This document shows, in pieces, positions 56,208 through 63,699 of a stretch of DNA of 64,000 bases. Origin of the DNA: a virus (lineage: Duplodnaviria > Heunggongvirae > Uroviricota > Caudoviricetes); the IMG/VR virus record IMGVR_UViG_3300035180_000678; one strand, 5' to 3'. The position numbers and the translations under genes are program-made. Position 1 is the stretch's first letter. Each line of letters begins with the position of its first letter. Below the pieces are notes generated by a model. It worked only from the letters and a program-made list of their open reading frames with translations. It did not search any database and was not told the origin of the DNA.

Positions 56208-56283
56208 TGGCAAGCACCCACGGAATCGAACCGCGCCAGCAAGGTTTGGAGCCTCGCTCGCCAGCCTTGGAACATTGGCACCC
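56208..56283 (-). tRNA. tRNA-Trp(CCA) (acceptor with several GU pairs)
   Basis: Encoded CCA. T arm cgcgg-TTCGATT-ccgtg. Anticodon arm cgagg-CTCCAAA-ccttg. The acceptor pairing needs 4 wobble pairs, so the 5' boundary is uncertain. Confidence 0.4.
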
Positions 56284-56290
56284 GCTGAAT

Positions 56291-56367
56291 TGGTGGAGCC
56301 GGTGAGAATCGAACTCACCACAGGAAAGGTGCAAACCTTCCTCGCCGCCCTTGGCACATGCGACCCC
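56291..56367 (-). tRNA. tRNA-Ala(UGC)
   Basis: Encoded CCA. T arm gtgag-TTCGATT-ctcac. Anticodon arm ggaag-TTTGCAC-ctttc (one GU). Acceptor ggggtcg/cggctcc with 2 wobble pairs. Confidence 0.5.
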
Positions 56368-56375
56368 ATGAATTT

Positions 56376-56451
56376 TGGTGGACGGGGCTGGCTCTGCCCC
56401 AGCGACACCCGGATTTTCAATCCGGTGCTCTACTATCTGAGCTACCCGTCC
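56376..56451 (-). tRNA. tRNA-Phe(GAA) with non-canonical D and T loops
   Basis: All four stems are perfect WC: acceptor ggacggg/cccgtcc, D gctc/gagc, anticodon ccgga-TTGAAAA-tccgg, T gctgg/ccagc. Encoded CCA. The D loop AGATAGTA lacks GG and the T loop GGCAGAG lacks TTC. Confidence 0.55.
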
Positions 56452-56453
56452 GA

Positions 56454-56520
56454 GAGGTGGTGGCACAGTGTCTTTCGACCGAGGCCGGACTTACTAGCCT
56501 CTAACGTCCCCACCTTGAAA
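56454..56520 (-). ncRNA. unresolved tRNA-like segment
   Basis: Complementary ends aggtggt/cccacct and internal hairpins (gaggc-11 nt-gcctc), but no canonical T loop. Packed between two tRNAs. Confidence 0.2.
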
Positions 56521-56523
56521 ACT

Positions 56524-56610
56524 TGGTGCGTGCCCTAGGGATCGAACCTAGCATGGCCTAGAGGCCGGGAGGGTTACAGCCTCCTGTCCCACCTTTGGAA
56601 CATGACACGC
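56524..56610 (-). tRNA. tRNA-Tyr(GUA), long variable arm
   Basis: 87 nt. Encoded CCA. Acceptor gcgtgtc/ggcacgc (one GU). T arm ctagg-TTCGATC-cctag. Anticodon arm ggagg-CTGTAAC-cctcc. Variable hairpin ggcc-taga-ggcc. Confidence 0.6.
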
Positions 56611-56616
56611 GTATTT

Positions 56617-56695
56617 TGGCTCCGGAGGTTGGAATCGAACCAACCTAACCTCTGATTAACAGTCAGGCCCATGCACCTTGCTCGGGTTCACCGGA
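56617..56695 (-). tRNA. tRNA-Asn(GUU)
   Basis: Encoded CCA. T arm ggttgg-TTCGATT-ccaacc. 4-bp anticodon stem with loop CTGTTAA. Acceptor has one U.U mismatch. 11-nt D loop. Confidence 0.4.
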
Positions 56696-56704
56696 ATTGA
56701 TCTT

Positions 56705-56778
56705 TGGTCGGCCTCCACGGTATTGAACCGCATTCTACTGGGTAAGAGCCAGTTGCATCACCTTAATGCTTGAAACCG
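56705..56778 (-). tRNA. tRNA-Lys(CUU)
   Basis: Encoded CCA. T loop TTCAATA. Anticodon arm actgg-CTCTTAC-ccagt. D arm atgc-7 nt-gcat. Acceptor with 2 GU pairs. Confidence 0.5.
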
Positions 56779-56779
56779 A

Positions 56780-56855
56780 TGGCGCCCCGTGCCAGAATCG
56801 AACTGGCGGCTTCTCCCTAGACAGGGGAGCACTCTGACCGCTGAGTTAACGAGGC
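56780..56855 (-). tRNA. tRNA-Asp(GUC)
   Basis: Encoded CCA. T arm gccag-TTCGATT-ctggc. Anticodon arm ctccc-CTGTCTA-gggag (U at position 37). D arm actc/gagt. Acceptor gcctcgt/acggggc. Confidence 0.5.
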
Positions 56856-56862
56856 AAATGTT

Positions 56863-57105
56863 TGGACAGGGCTTTGCACCCCGATGGAGGTCACTTCGTA
56901 GGCCCGGTTGCCCGAACCCACGTCCTCTAAGATTGTCACCCGAGAAAGCCCTTTGCCTTGTACCCTCGCCGACCGAATCAGGCTCGGATGCGGGGAGAGC
57001 GTGCTACGCCTTTCCTCTGCGTACACTTCAATTCCGACTTTTCACTGCCGTGGTCCGTATGCATCGGTTTCCACAGCCACGTGTTTCTCGTTTCGGGCGA
57101 GTGAC
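56863..57105 (-). ncRNA. unresolved tRNA-like region (room for ~3 tRNAs)
   Basis: No ORF. CCA-complement tgg at 56863 and complementary 7-mers agggctt/aagccct 80 nt apart. Contains variable-arm-like hairpin ggtt-gcccg-aacc and several 5-bp hairpins. T loops are not canonical. Confidence 0.25.
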
Positions 57106-57110
57106 AAATT

Positions 57111-57187
57111 TGGCACCCTCAGCGAGAATCGAACTCGCATCCCCGGATTGAAAGTCCGGCGTCCTGAACCAGTTAGACGATGAGGGC
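57111..57187 (-). tRNA. tRNA-Glu(UUC)
   Basis: Encoded CCA. Perfect T arm gcgag-TTCGATT-ctcgc. Perfect anticodon arm ccgga-CTTTCAA-tccgg. Acceptor gccctca/tgagggt. Confidence 0.65.
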
Positions 57188-57193
57188 AAATCT

Positions 57194-57269
57194 TGGCAAG
57201 GGGTGTAGGACTCGAACCTACGACCAACGGGATCAAAACCCGTTGCTCTACCAACTGAGCTAACCCCCA
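57194..57269 (-). tRNA. tRNA-Gln(UUG)
   Basis: Encoded CCA. T arm gtagg-TTCGAGT-cctac. Anticodon arm acggg-TTTTGAT-cccgt. D arm gctc-AGTTGGTA-gagc. U1.U72 terminal mismatch. Confidence 0.6.
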
Positions 57270-57272
57270 ACT

Positions 57273-57363
57273 GAATTCGTGCCAGCAGTTAAGGTCCGCT
57301 GGTCAGGACCGACACAAGATTTTAACGTCGCTTGTTGAGACGCTTCCCACCCCATGAGAATTT
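57273..57363 (-). ncRNA. unresolved tRNA-like segment (91 nt)
   Basis: Exactly fills the gap between two tRNAs. Contains the ends gaattcg/agaattt and stable hairpins (ggtcc-8 nt-ggacc). No canonical T loop. Confidence 0.2.
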
Positions 57364-57439
57364 TGGTTGCCAGAACTGGACTCGAACCAGTGACCTAACG
57401 GTTATCGGCCGTTTGCTCTACCAACTGAGCTACCCGGCA
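57364..57439 (-). tRNA. tRNA-Ile(GAU) (C33 in anticodon loop)
   Basis: Encoded CCA. Perfect T arm actgg-TTCGAGT-ccagt. Anticodon arm aacgg-CCGATAA-ccgtt. D arm gctc-AGTTGGTA-gagc. Acceptor with 2 GU pairs. Confidence 0.55.
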
Positions 57440-57586
57440 AGGGTAAGTGGCATACCTGCCTATTCGCTGTGCTCCGCATCTCGTTTGAGCGAGGTCTACT
57501 CCACCGTCGCAGAGTTCTTCTCACACTGCTGTTTGGAGCCGCCGACGAACGAAGGGCACGAGATTGCACCACCCTTCAGTATGTCT
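57440..57586 (-). ncRNA. unresolved structured non-coding segment (possible degenerate tRNAs)
   Basis: 147 nt with no ORF, bounded by tRNAs. Contains hairpins ctcg-tttgag-cgag and aaggg-15 nt-ccctt. Confidence 0.15.
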
Positions 57587-57663
57587 TGGTTGCGGGAGCG
57601 GGATTTGAACCCACGACCTTCGGCTTATGAGGCCGACGCTCTACCAGACTGAGCTATCCCGCA
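57587..57663 (-). tRNA. tRNA-Met(CAU), elongator type (or Ile-lysidine)
   Basis: Encoded CCA. Perfect acceptor tgcggga/tcccgca. T loop TTCAAAT. Anticodon arm tcggc-CTCATAA-gccga. D arm gctc/gagc. Confidence 0.65.
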
Positions 57664-57671
57664 TTTGTTCT

Positions 57672-57758
57672 TGGTGCCCACCGCAGGACTCGAACCTGCA
57701 CGACCTTTCGGTCCCCGGCCTCTCAAGCCGGTCCGTCTACCAGTTTCGGCAGGCGGGC
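57672..57758 (-). tRNA. tRNA-Leu(GAG), long variable arm
   Basis: 87 nt. Encoded CCA. T arm gcagg-TTCGAGT-cctgc. Anticodon arm ccggc-TTGAGAG-gccgg. Variable hairpin gacc-tttc-ggtc. Acceptor with one GU. Confidence 0.6.
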
Positions 57759-57764
57759 GTAATA

Positions 57765-57840
57765 TGGTGCCCTAGGTCCAGAATCGAACTGACGACCTAC
57801 CGCTTACAAGGCGGTTGCTCTACCACTGAGCTACAAGGGC
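57765..57840 (-). tRNA. tRNA-Thr(UGU)
   Basis: Encoded CCA. T loop TTCGATT. Perfect anticodon arm accgc-CTTGTAA-gcggt. D arm gctc/gagc. Acceptor has one U.U mismatch and an extra nucleotide before the T stem. Confidence 0.5.
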
Positions 57841-58040
57841 AAGTGTTCGGTACGGCTGACCAGACGTTCCACGTTTCTCGGCTCATGACTTCCGTTCCAC
57901 GCGGCTGGCGACCTACGGATTATGAGTCCGTTGCTCTACTCGTACTAATCCCCTTCCGCTCAATCGAGGGAGGGTCTAGAATTCCCTCTCTTGCTTGAGA
58001 GGGATTTTCTGAGCCACTGAGCTACAACCGTGAAGCTATT
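57841..58040 (-). ncRNA. unresolved tRNA-like region, including a second CAU anticodon arm and a GTAGCTCAGTGG D-arm-like motif
   Basis: No ORF. CCA-complement at 57904-57906. Perfect hairpin acgga-CTCATAA-tccgt (57915-57931). A 6-7 bp hairpin with 7-nt loop at 57984-58004. Minus-strand sequence gtagctcagtgg near 58020. Confidence 0.2.
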
Positions 58041-58069
58041 GTAGCACGGAACGCTTGTTTGTCAAGCGT

Positions 58070-58915
58070 TTAGCCAATCAAAGTTGTTCGCCAGAAATGC
58101 ATACCGAGATTGTCGGTGTTGGCGGAGCCCGTGTTGTTGAACTTCACGCACTTCAGTTGAAGGCCGGTTGTCCGAACGTTCGGGCTCATGGAAGTCACAT
58201 CTGTGTAGCTGCCGACGTTCTGCACGCCGAACAACTGATAGGCGCGACCTGTGAACGTGGTGTCACCTGTGATGATCGTCTGACCGTCCGCAGGAGCTTC
58301 CGCAGCAGCACCAGCAGCTGAGAACGAAGCACCGAACATGAATTGACTGTTCGCCATGACGCCAGCCAAAAGGCCCGCGCTGCTGGTCGTGCCAGCAATC
58401 CGCTTGCTCAGAAGCTCATGTCGAAGAATCGAACCGCTCTGAATGATGTTCGGACCAATGGTCGGAACAGCACCGGCAGCGTGCGTGATGTCCGTAGAGC
58501 CAAGGTTGGCGACAGAACCGGCACCAGACGAGCCCCAAGGGGTTGCAGCAGTGGCGTAAATCTCAACGAGGACGACCGACATGCCCGGAGCGGGAACCCA
58601 TCGCGTGCCGTTGGAACGGAGACGCCCACCGACGTTAGTGTAGCTGGTATCTCCCGGCATCGCACGGACGCCAAGGTCAGTCAGGAACACCGTCGCGCCT
58701 GTTCGGACATCTGTTGCCGCAGGACAGTTCGCCATGACACCTGTGAAGCTGTCACCGAGCGGAACCCACACCGCACCTGTTTCACCGTAGGTGGCCCGCC
58801 ATGCACAGATTTGAGGCTGTGGGCCTCGTTCCGCACAGAGCAGGATTTCCCCGATCATATCACTTGCAGGAGGCAGCGCAAGGCTGCTTTCATAAATTTC
58901 TTGTGAAGGCTTCAT
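58070..58915 (-). CDS. hypothetical structural (fiber-like) protein
   Basis: Internal ATG (MKPSQEIYESS) overlaps the upstream stop (TAATGA). Ala/Gly/Thr/Ser-rich 281 aa. Confidence 0.4.
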   Translation of the reverse strand: MKPSQEIYESSLALPPASDMIGEILLCAERGPQPQICAWRATYGETGAVWVPLGDSFTGVMANCPAATDVRTGATVFLTDLGVRAMPGDTSYTNVGGRLRSNGTRWVPAPGMSVVLVEIYATAATPWGSSGAGSVANLGSTDITHAAGAVPTIGPNIIQSGSILRHELLSKRIAGTTSSAGLLAGVMANSQFMFGASFSAAGAAAEAPADGQTIITGDTTFTGRAYQLFGVQNVGSYTDVTSMSPNVRTTGLQLKCVKFNNTGSANTDNLGMHFWRTTLIG

Positions 58916-60738
58916 TATGCCACCTGACGGAGAGTAGGACGACCAAAGCGGATGTAGAACGTGCCCGCAGAGTTCGCTTGGAGGAAGAGGGTGAACCCCA
59001 TGTTGGTGCAGTTGGTCCAACCAGTAGGGATGGTGATGCCGGGAAGGGCTTGGCCCATCTTCACAGGTTGCGAGAACGCGCCTTCGTTGTTGGTGCCGTC
59101 GAGGATACGGTCCGTGCTGAGGTAGCCAGTGCGGCCCGTGTCAGCGCCGAAGTCTGCCGTCATGCCGAAGTAGCACGAGGCTTCCGCGAGGGTGCCAGTT
59201 CGGGTAACAACCGTGGCGTCGATGTACGGAACGTACTTCGCGCCTTGAACCACCGTGGCAGAAAACTGCCGTGGAGACGGGTTGCCAATCTGGATCGAAA
59301 ATGTGTCGGAAGCCGCCGCTGCGACGATTTCGCACACGAGGTCATAACCAACACCGTCCGCCCGGGGCCAGTAGCTCCACGTCATGCTTCGCGAGGCGTT
59401 GCCCGTTGTGGAGATAGCAGTGACGATGGGATGCACGTTCCCGGAGTTCTTCACGGACAGGCCGGACGCGGCAATCGTATTTTCGCCCGCCCACATGCCG
59501 TCGCAGAGTTGCGTCGAGCCAGAGTCGGACTTGAGGTTGTCGTAAATCGAGGTGATCGCGACTTCCGCGCCCACGGTGTAGAATGGAGCTTCCTGTTGCG
59601 CAATCGCGTAGGAGAGCGCCACGACGCCTTGGTTGCTCGGGTGGGTCTGATCGCCGACACGGTAGAATCGGCTCTTGCCAATGCCACTGTTCGGGTCAAC
59701 GATGATGCTGAAGTCTTCAGTGATCCGGCACTTGTTCGCAGGAACGTTCGCAACAGCACGGACACCTTCGTACAGGGCACGAAGACCCGTGGTGTCAGCA
59801 CCTGTGGTATTCGTCTGCGGAGCAGGCATCTCGATGGTAGACGAGCCGCCAGCAGCGGCAATCTGTTGCACCATCGCAGTCACGTCGAACACTGCCTGAG
59901 CCACCGCTTGCGCCACCGTCCAACCGTGGTTGGAAGCGTAGATCAACGTGTTGCCCAAACCGAACGAGCCACGGATTTCATGCACCGTGCCGAGCAGGAT
60001 GTGCTTGATGACCAGCGGGAGACGTTCCCGGAGGTTCATCGTGTTGTTGGAGCCCGTCGCGAAATTCGCACCGAGACGAAGGTGACGGCCAAGACGGCGG
60101 GTCACTTCGGTCAGGATGCCGTTCGGGGTCATGTGCTCTTGGAAGCTCACGGTCCACGACTGCGTCGAAGTACCGGAGTAGCCACCAGTGGCAGGAAGCG
60201 TTTCACCGGGGAAAGACATCGTGAACGTCTTGTTGCCGGTGACGGTGATCGTGCCGTAGAAGTAGTTGTTGTCGAACGTCGCAATGCCGCCAGTGGCGAC
60301 GAGCGAACCGATGGTGCCGCCCGAAGAGAGGGCGATGGCATCGGCGTTTTCACAACTCATCAGAACCTTGTTGCCCGTGAGAGCATTATGGTTGTTGGAA
60401 GTTGTGACGGTGACGGTGTATCCTGTCGCATTGCCGGAAGCGTCGAGGATGGGAGTAGCGACCACGCCATTCGCTGATGTGGAGCGTTGGCGGCTTGTGC
60501 GGGCTGTGACAGAGCCCCCGAAAAGGCCGACGAGGCGTCCACGGGAGAAGGCTGGCGTGCCAGCTTGCAACTGCGTGAAGACCTTGTTGACGGGATCAAT
60601 TTCGTAGTAGACTGGAGGCGAAGCACCAATGACGTAGTACGAAACTCGGGGAGCCGCTGCAAGTTGCTTGGTTGTGGGACCGGCAGCGAGTTGGGCAAGG
60701 GTAATGCCCTCGATTGCGAGATTGTCGGTGTAGACCAT
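58915..60738 (-). CDS. tail fiber/spike-like protein with possible SGNH-hydrolase-like segment
   Basis: 607 aa, T/G/S/A-rich. The central segment GNTLIYASNHGWT...FSIIVDPNSGIGKS...VGDQTHPSNQG is loosely reminiscent of SGNH esterase blocks. Confidence 0.35.
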   Translation of the reverse strand: MVYTDNLAIEGITLAQLAAGPTTKQLAAAPRVSYYVIGASPPVYYEIDPVNKVFTQLQAGTPAFSRGRLVGLFGGSVTARTSRQRSTSANGVVATPILDASGNATGYTVTVTTSNNHNALTGNKVLMSCENADAIALSSGGTIGSLVATGGIATFDNNYFYGTITVTGNKTFTMSFPGETLPATGGYSGTSTQSWTVSFQEHMTPNGILTEVTRRLGRHLRLGANFATGSNNTMNLRERLPLVIKHILLGTVHEIRGSFGLGNTLIYASNHGWTVAQAVAQAVFDVTAMVQQIAAAGGSSTIEMPAPQTNTTGADTTGLRALYEGVRAVANVPANKCRITEDFSIIVDPNSGIGKSRFYRVGDQTHPSNQGVVALSYAIAQQEAPFYTVGAEVAITSIYDNLKSDSGSTQLCDGMWAGENTIAASGLSVKNSGNVHPIVTAISTTGNASRSMTWSYWPRADGVGYDLVCEIVAAAASDTFSIQIGNPSPRQFSATVVQGAKYVPYIDATVVTRTGTLAEASCYFGMTADFGADTGRTGYLSTDRILDGTNNEGAFSQPVKMGQALPGITIPTGWTNCTNMGFTLFLQANSAGTFYIRFGRPTLRQVA

Positions 60739-60786
60739 TTTGACCTGAGCAGGGTTGGGCGTGGCCTAAAACGGACACGCGGATTG

Positions 60787-61122
60787 TCACTCCGTCCGGC
60801 GAATCGTTGTGAAATCGACCAGAGGTGTGTTGTCGTCTTCTCCGGGGTAGAGAGACTTCTTGCCGCCTGCCAGAGTCAGCTTGACTTGGGCAATGAGGCG
60901 TTGGAGTTGTTCGCCGTTGATTTCCTTGGCGATGGCGACCTGAAACTCAAGAAGACGCGTAGCTGCCGTCAGGCGAGTCTTTTCGTCCTTGCTGTCGAGC
61001 AGACTGACGAGGGCGTCGATGGCTGGCTTACCGTGCTTGGCGATGTCTCGTTGGAGCTTCTTCAGGTCTACAGGCGTTTCAGTGAAGCTCGGAACATCGG
61101 TCAGCACCAATGAATTGCTCAC
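60787..61122 (-). CDS. hypothetical protein, first gene of the late operon (possible terminase small subunit)
   Basis: GTG start with a AAGGAG SD, directly downstream of a TTGACA-17-TACAAT promoter. 111-aa helical protein. Confidence 0.3.
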   Translation of the reverse strand: MSNSLVLTDVPSFTETPVDLKKLQRDIAKHGKPAIDALVSLLDSKDEKTRLTAATRLLEFQVAIAKEINGEQLQRLIAQVKLTLAGGKKSLYPGEDDNTPLVDFTTIRRTE

Positions 61123-61150
61123 TGGAACTCCTTATACGATTGAATGTTGC

Positions 61151-61180
61151 ATTGTATCATAGACACTCTCAATTGTCAAG
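61151..61180 (-). promoter_or_regulatory. sigma70-like promoter for the minus-strand late/structural operon
   Basis: Minus strand reads TTGACA-attgagagtgtctatga-TACAAT (17-nt spacer) ~25 nt upstream of the SD of the 60787..61122 gene. Confidence 0.5.
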
Positions 61181-61284
61181 ATCGTGTCCGTAGGACACAG
61201 GCATTTGCACAACAAGCCTCGGGCTGACGCCCGGCCACCGGACGAGGATGGGCGTTCTCAATGATGAGAAGTTGTCCTTCGGAC

Positions 61285-61313
61285 TTGACAAACAGCCATT
61301 GTCGTGCTACACT
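61285..61313 (+). promoter_or_regulatory. sigma70-like promoter for the rightward plus-strand genes
   Basis: TTGACA-aacagccattgtcgtgc-TACACT (17-nt spacer), divergent from the minus-strand promoter. Confidence 0.5.
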
Positions 61314-61314
61314 A

Positions 61315-61440
61315 TCTATTAATAGTACCTACAGAGTATTACTGTATATTATATTCAATATAGTATACAATAATAATTTAGTAGGTATTCAGTAATAGGC
61401 ATCCGGACGAAGGACGGACGTTTCTATAAGAATAACCTAT
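61315..61440 (+). promoter_or_regulatory. AT-rich island with inverted/direct repeats in the leader between divergent promoters
   Basis: ~125 nt at roughly 25-30 percent GC in a ~60 percent GC genome (ctatctattaatagtacctacagagtattactgtatattatattcaatatagtatacaataataatttagtaggtattcagtaatagg). Includes the inverted repeat tattactg / cagtaata. Confidence 0.4.
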
Positions 61441-61453
61441 TGAAAGGAGCCTT

Positions 61454-61587
61454 GTGCCCCGAAACCTCTCTGATGAGGCCCCCGAGTGGCCTGACGACGA
61501 CGCGTATCCCGACCTGACCGAAGTCCTCGAACGACTCGAACTCGCTGAAGACCTTGACCAACCTATCTTTCCGGAAGAAGACGAATG
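61454..61587 (+). CDS. small acidic protein (GTG start)
   Basis: GAAAGGAGCC SD then GTG. VPRNLSDEAPEWPDDDAYPDLTEVLERLELAEDLDQPIFPEEDE. Confidence 0.35.
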
Positions 61588-61941
61588 AATCAAAAGACCC
61601 TGATGGACCCGAACCTCATCGTGTTCGTGCAACTGATCCTCGACGCTGTGGCCGATGGCTGGACGCTCGATCCGCAGAACCCTCCGACGATGATCGGCTA
61701 CTGGTACGAGTGCATCGTCCAGCGTGAGGATGAACCTGTCCTGAAGCCCGGTCGTGCCGAGATTCTGGCGAAGGCACGCGCTGCCAAGGCTGCCAAGGCC
61801 GCTGCGGAAGCCGCTGGTAGCCTTGCTGCCCCTCTGACGGCTGACTCCGATGTCGTGGATGCCGTGCTCGCGGCTGGCGGCGAAGAAGCTGCGGAAGAAG
61901 CGCCCGCTGAAGACGCTCCTGCTGAACCCGCTGCGCAGTGA
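61585..61941 (+). CDS. hypothetical protein with Ala/Glu-rich C-terminal tail
   Basis: 118-aa ORF with ATGA overlap to the upstream gene. Confidence 0.45.
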   Translation: MNQKTLMDPNLIVFVQLILDAVADGWTLDPQNPPTMIGYWYECIVQREDEPVLKPGRAEILAKARAAKAAKAAAEAAGSLAAPLTADSDVVDAVLAAGGEEAAEEAPAEDAPAEPAAQ

Positions 61942-62141
61942 GTAACACCGCTGCCCTGAAGAGCCGTGCTCTGCGTGCCGAAGCCGAGCGCGACTTCTTG
62001 CAAAGCCTCATCGACTCCTTCTTCACTGGCGACGTGCCCGAGAGTGCATCTCTGGAGCACCTGATCCTTGCCAAGTGGGGCCGGAAGCGCATCGAAGAAC
62101 AGCGGTCGCAGCCTGCATTGCTCCGCAGTGGCAGCGATTGA
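61938..62141 (+). CDS. hypothetical protein
   Basis: 67-aa ORF. Confidence 0.4.
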   Translation: MSNTAALKSRALRAEAERDFLQSLIDSFFTGDVPESASLEHLILAKWGRKRIEEQRSQPALLRSGSD

Positions 62142-62168
62142 CGAATAACCAAAGGATCGGAGGTTTCC

Positions 62169-62960
62169 TTGGGACGAAAGAAGATTGCTCGGCCTACGCG
62201 TCGGGAAAAGATGATGATGGACTGCCATGCCGCTCGGGTGGCAGCTTACATCCCGCCTGAATCTCCTGCCGCTACGCCAGCGGTCACAATCACGGCGAAG
62301 ACGAACAACCAACGGGTCGCACTCGGCTACCTCAACGAAGGCCGACGTGTCGTATTCCTGACGGGCTCTGCGGGCACGGGCAAGTCCATGCTGGCGTGCT
62401 ACCGGGCCGCATCCCTCCTGCGGTCCAAAAAGGTCGAGAAGGTCTACCTCGCTCGCCCTGCTGTTGCAGTGGGCAAGTCCATCGGCCTCCTGCCGGGTGA
62501 AATCGAAGAGAAGATGGCACCCTACTTCAAGCAAACCATCGCTCACCTTGAGCGGTTCCTTGGCAAAGGCTTCACCCGCTACTGCCTTGAGAAGAAGGTC
62601 ATCGAGATGATCCCTGCGGAGTACCTGCGAGGGATGAGCTTCGAGGACTGCTTCGTACTGGTCGAAGAGGCGCAGAACTTCACTCATGACGAGATGGAGA
62701 TGGTGCTGACGCGACTTGGGGAGAACTGCCAGTTGGTGTTCACGGGTGACGAGAAGCAAAACGACCTCAAGGTGTCGAGTGGCCTGAAGACCACAATCGA
62801 CCTCATCAACCGAACGCTCCAGACCCATCCGGAATACATGGACCACGAGGACTTGGACGCGTTGGATGACGAGATTGGCGTCGTGCAGTTCAAGCCCGAA
62901 GACGTGGTGCGATCTGGTCTGACCCGTGCGTTCGTGAAGCTCTACTATCACACGTCATGA
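62169..62960 (+). CDS. phoH: PhoH-like ATPase
   Basis: Walker A VFLTGSAGTGKSMLA. YLARPAVAVGKSIGLLPGEIEEKMAPY, VLVEEAQNFT and LTRLGENCQLVFTGDEKQNDL match the PhoH family blocks. Confidence 0.8.
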   Translation: MGRKKIARPTRREKMMMDCHAARVAAYIPPESPAATPAVTITAKTNNQRVALGYLNEGRRVVFLTGSAGTGKSMLACYRAASLLRSKKVEKVYLARPAVAVGKSIGLLPGEIEEKMAPYFKQTIAHLERFLGKGFTRYCLEKKVIEMIPAEYLRGMSFEDCFVLVEEAQNFTHDEMEMVLTRLGENCQLVFTGDEKQNDLKVSSGLKTTIDLINRTLQTHPEYMDHEDLDALDDEIGVVQFKPEDVVRSGLTRAFVKLYYHTS

Positions 62961-63628
62961 AAGGCGACATCATGCAAACCAAGAATCCGAAGGCCCTGTC
63001 GCCTACGAAGGAAGCCACCAAGCGGCGCGGCATGTGGGAAGACAGCGGCATGTTCCGCGTGACCTACACACCTTCCCAAGCGGGGCGGTTCGCCATCTAC
63101 CTGTTCGGTGCCATCGAGTCCCCGGAGCAGTTCACAGAGGCCGTTGAAGCCTTCAGGGCTGCATCCGAGGGCGACATCGTGGAAGTGTTCCTCCAGAGCC
63201 CGGGAGGTGACGTGGACGCCACGGACCTGTTCCTGCAAGCCATGCACGAGTGCGAAGGGCGAGTCATCGTTCGGGCCACTGGCGGGTGCCACAGCGCGGC
63301 GAGCGTCATCCTCATGCACGCTCCCGAGTTTACCCTGAGCCCGGGCTTCAACTGCCTGATCCACAATGGCTCCATCGGGCACGGCGGCAAATATTCCGAC
63401 TGGAAGTCTGCTGGGAAGTTCTACACCGACTTCCTCGAAGACGACATGCGGCGCACCTACCGTGGCTTCCTGACCGAAGATGAAATCGAAGAGATGATCG
63501 ACGGGAAGGACTTCTGGCTCGACGCTCCTGCGTTCATCGAACGTTGGAAGGCTCGTGCTGCGTACTTCGGCATCGAAATCCCTGAAAATTTCGAGGGAGT
63601 GCTTGACACTGAAGAAGACGAGGCGTAA
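62957..63628 (+). CDS. ClpP/SDH-like serine protease (second ClpP-fold protease, outside the morphogenesis operon)
   Basis: VFLQSPGGDV Ser nucleophile elbow (ClpP INSPGG). Downstream His/Asp candidates (IHNGSIGHGG). Acidic C-terminus. Confidence 0.55.
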   Translation: MKGDIMQTKNPKALSPTKEATKRRGMWEDSGMFRVTYTPSQAGRFAIYLFGAIESPEQFTEAVEAFRAASEGDIVEVFLQSPGGDVDATDLFLQAMHECEGRVIVRATGGCHSAASVILMHAPEFTLSPGFNCLIHNGSIGHGGKYSDWKSAGKFYTDFLEDDMRRTYRGFLTEDEIEEMIDGKDFWLDAPAFIERWKARAAYFGIEIPENFEGVLDTEEDEA

Positions 63629-63699
63629 AGTACGCTTCGTGCTGGCCCCTGTGCTTCGGCGCAGGGGCTTTTTCTTTGCCTGTATGAAGGGAGCGAGTC

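Noticed and set aside
56376-56451. Alternative reading of the tRNA-Phe region as a plus-strand tRNA-Glu (UUC)
   Set aside because: The U-NNN-A anticodon loop is symmetric, but arm order (2-nt spacer before the 4-bp D stem, 3' CCA) only fits the minus strand.
61698-62951. 417-aa minus-strand ORF
   Set aside because: Antisense to the PhoH gene.
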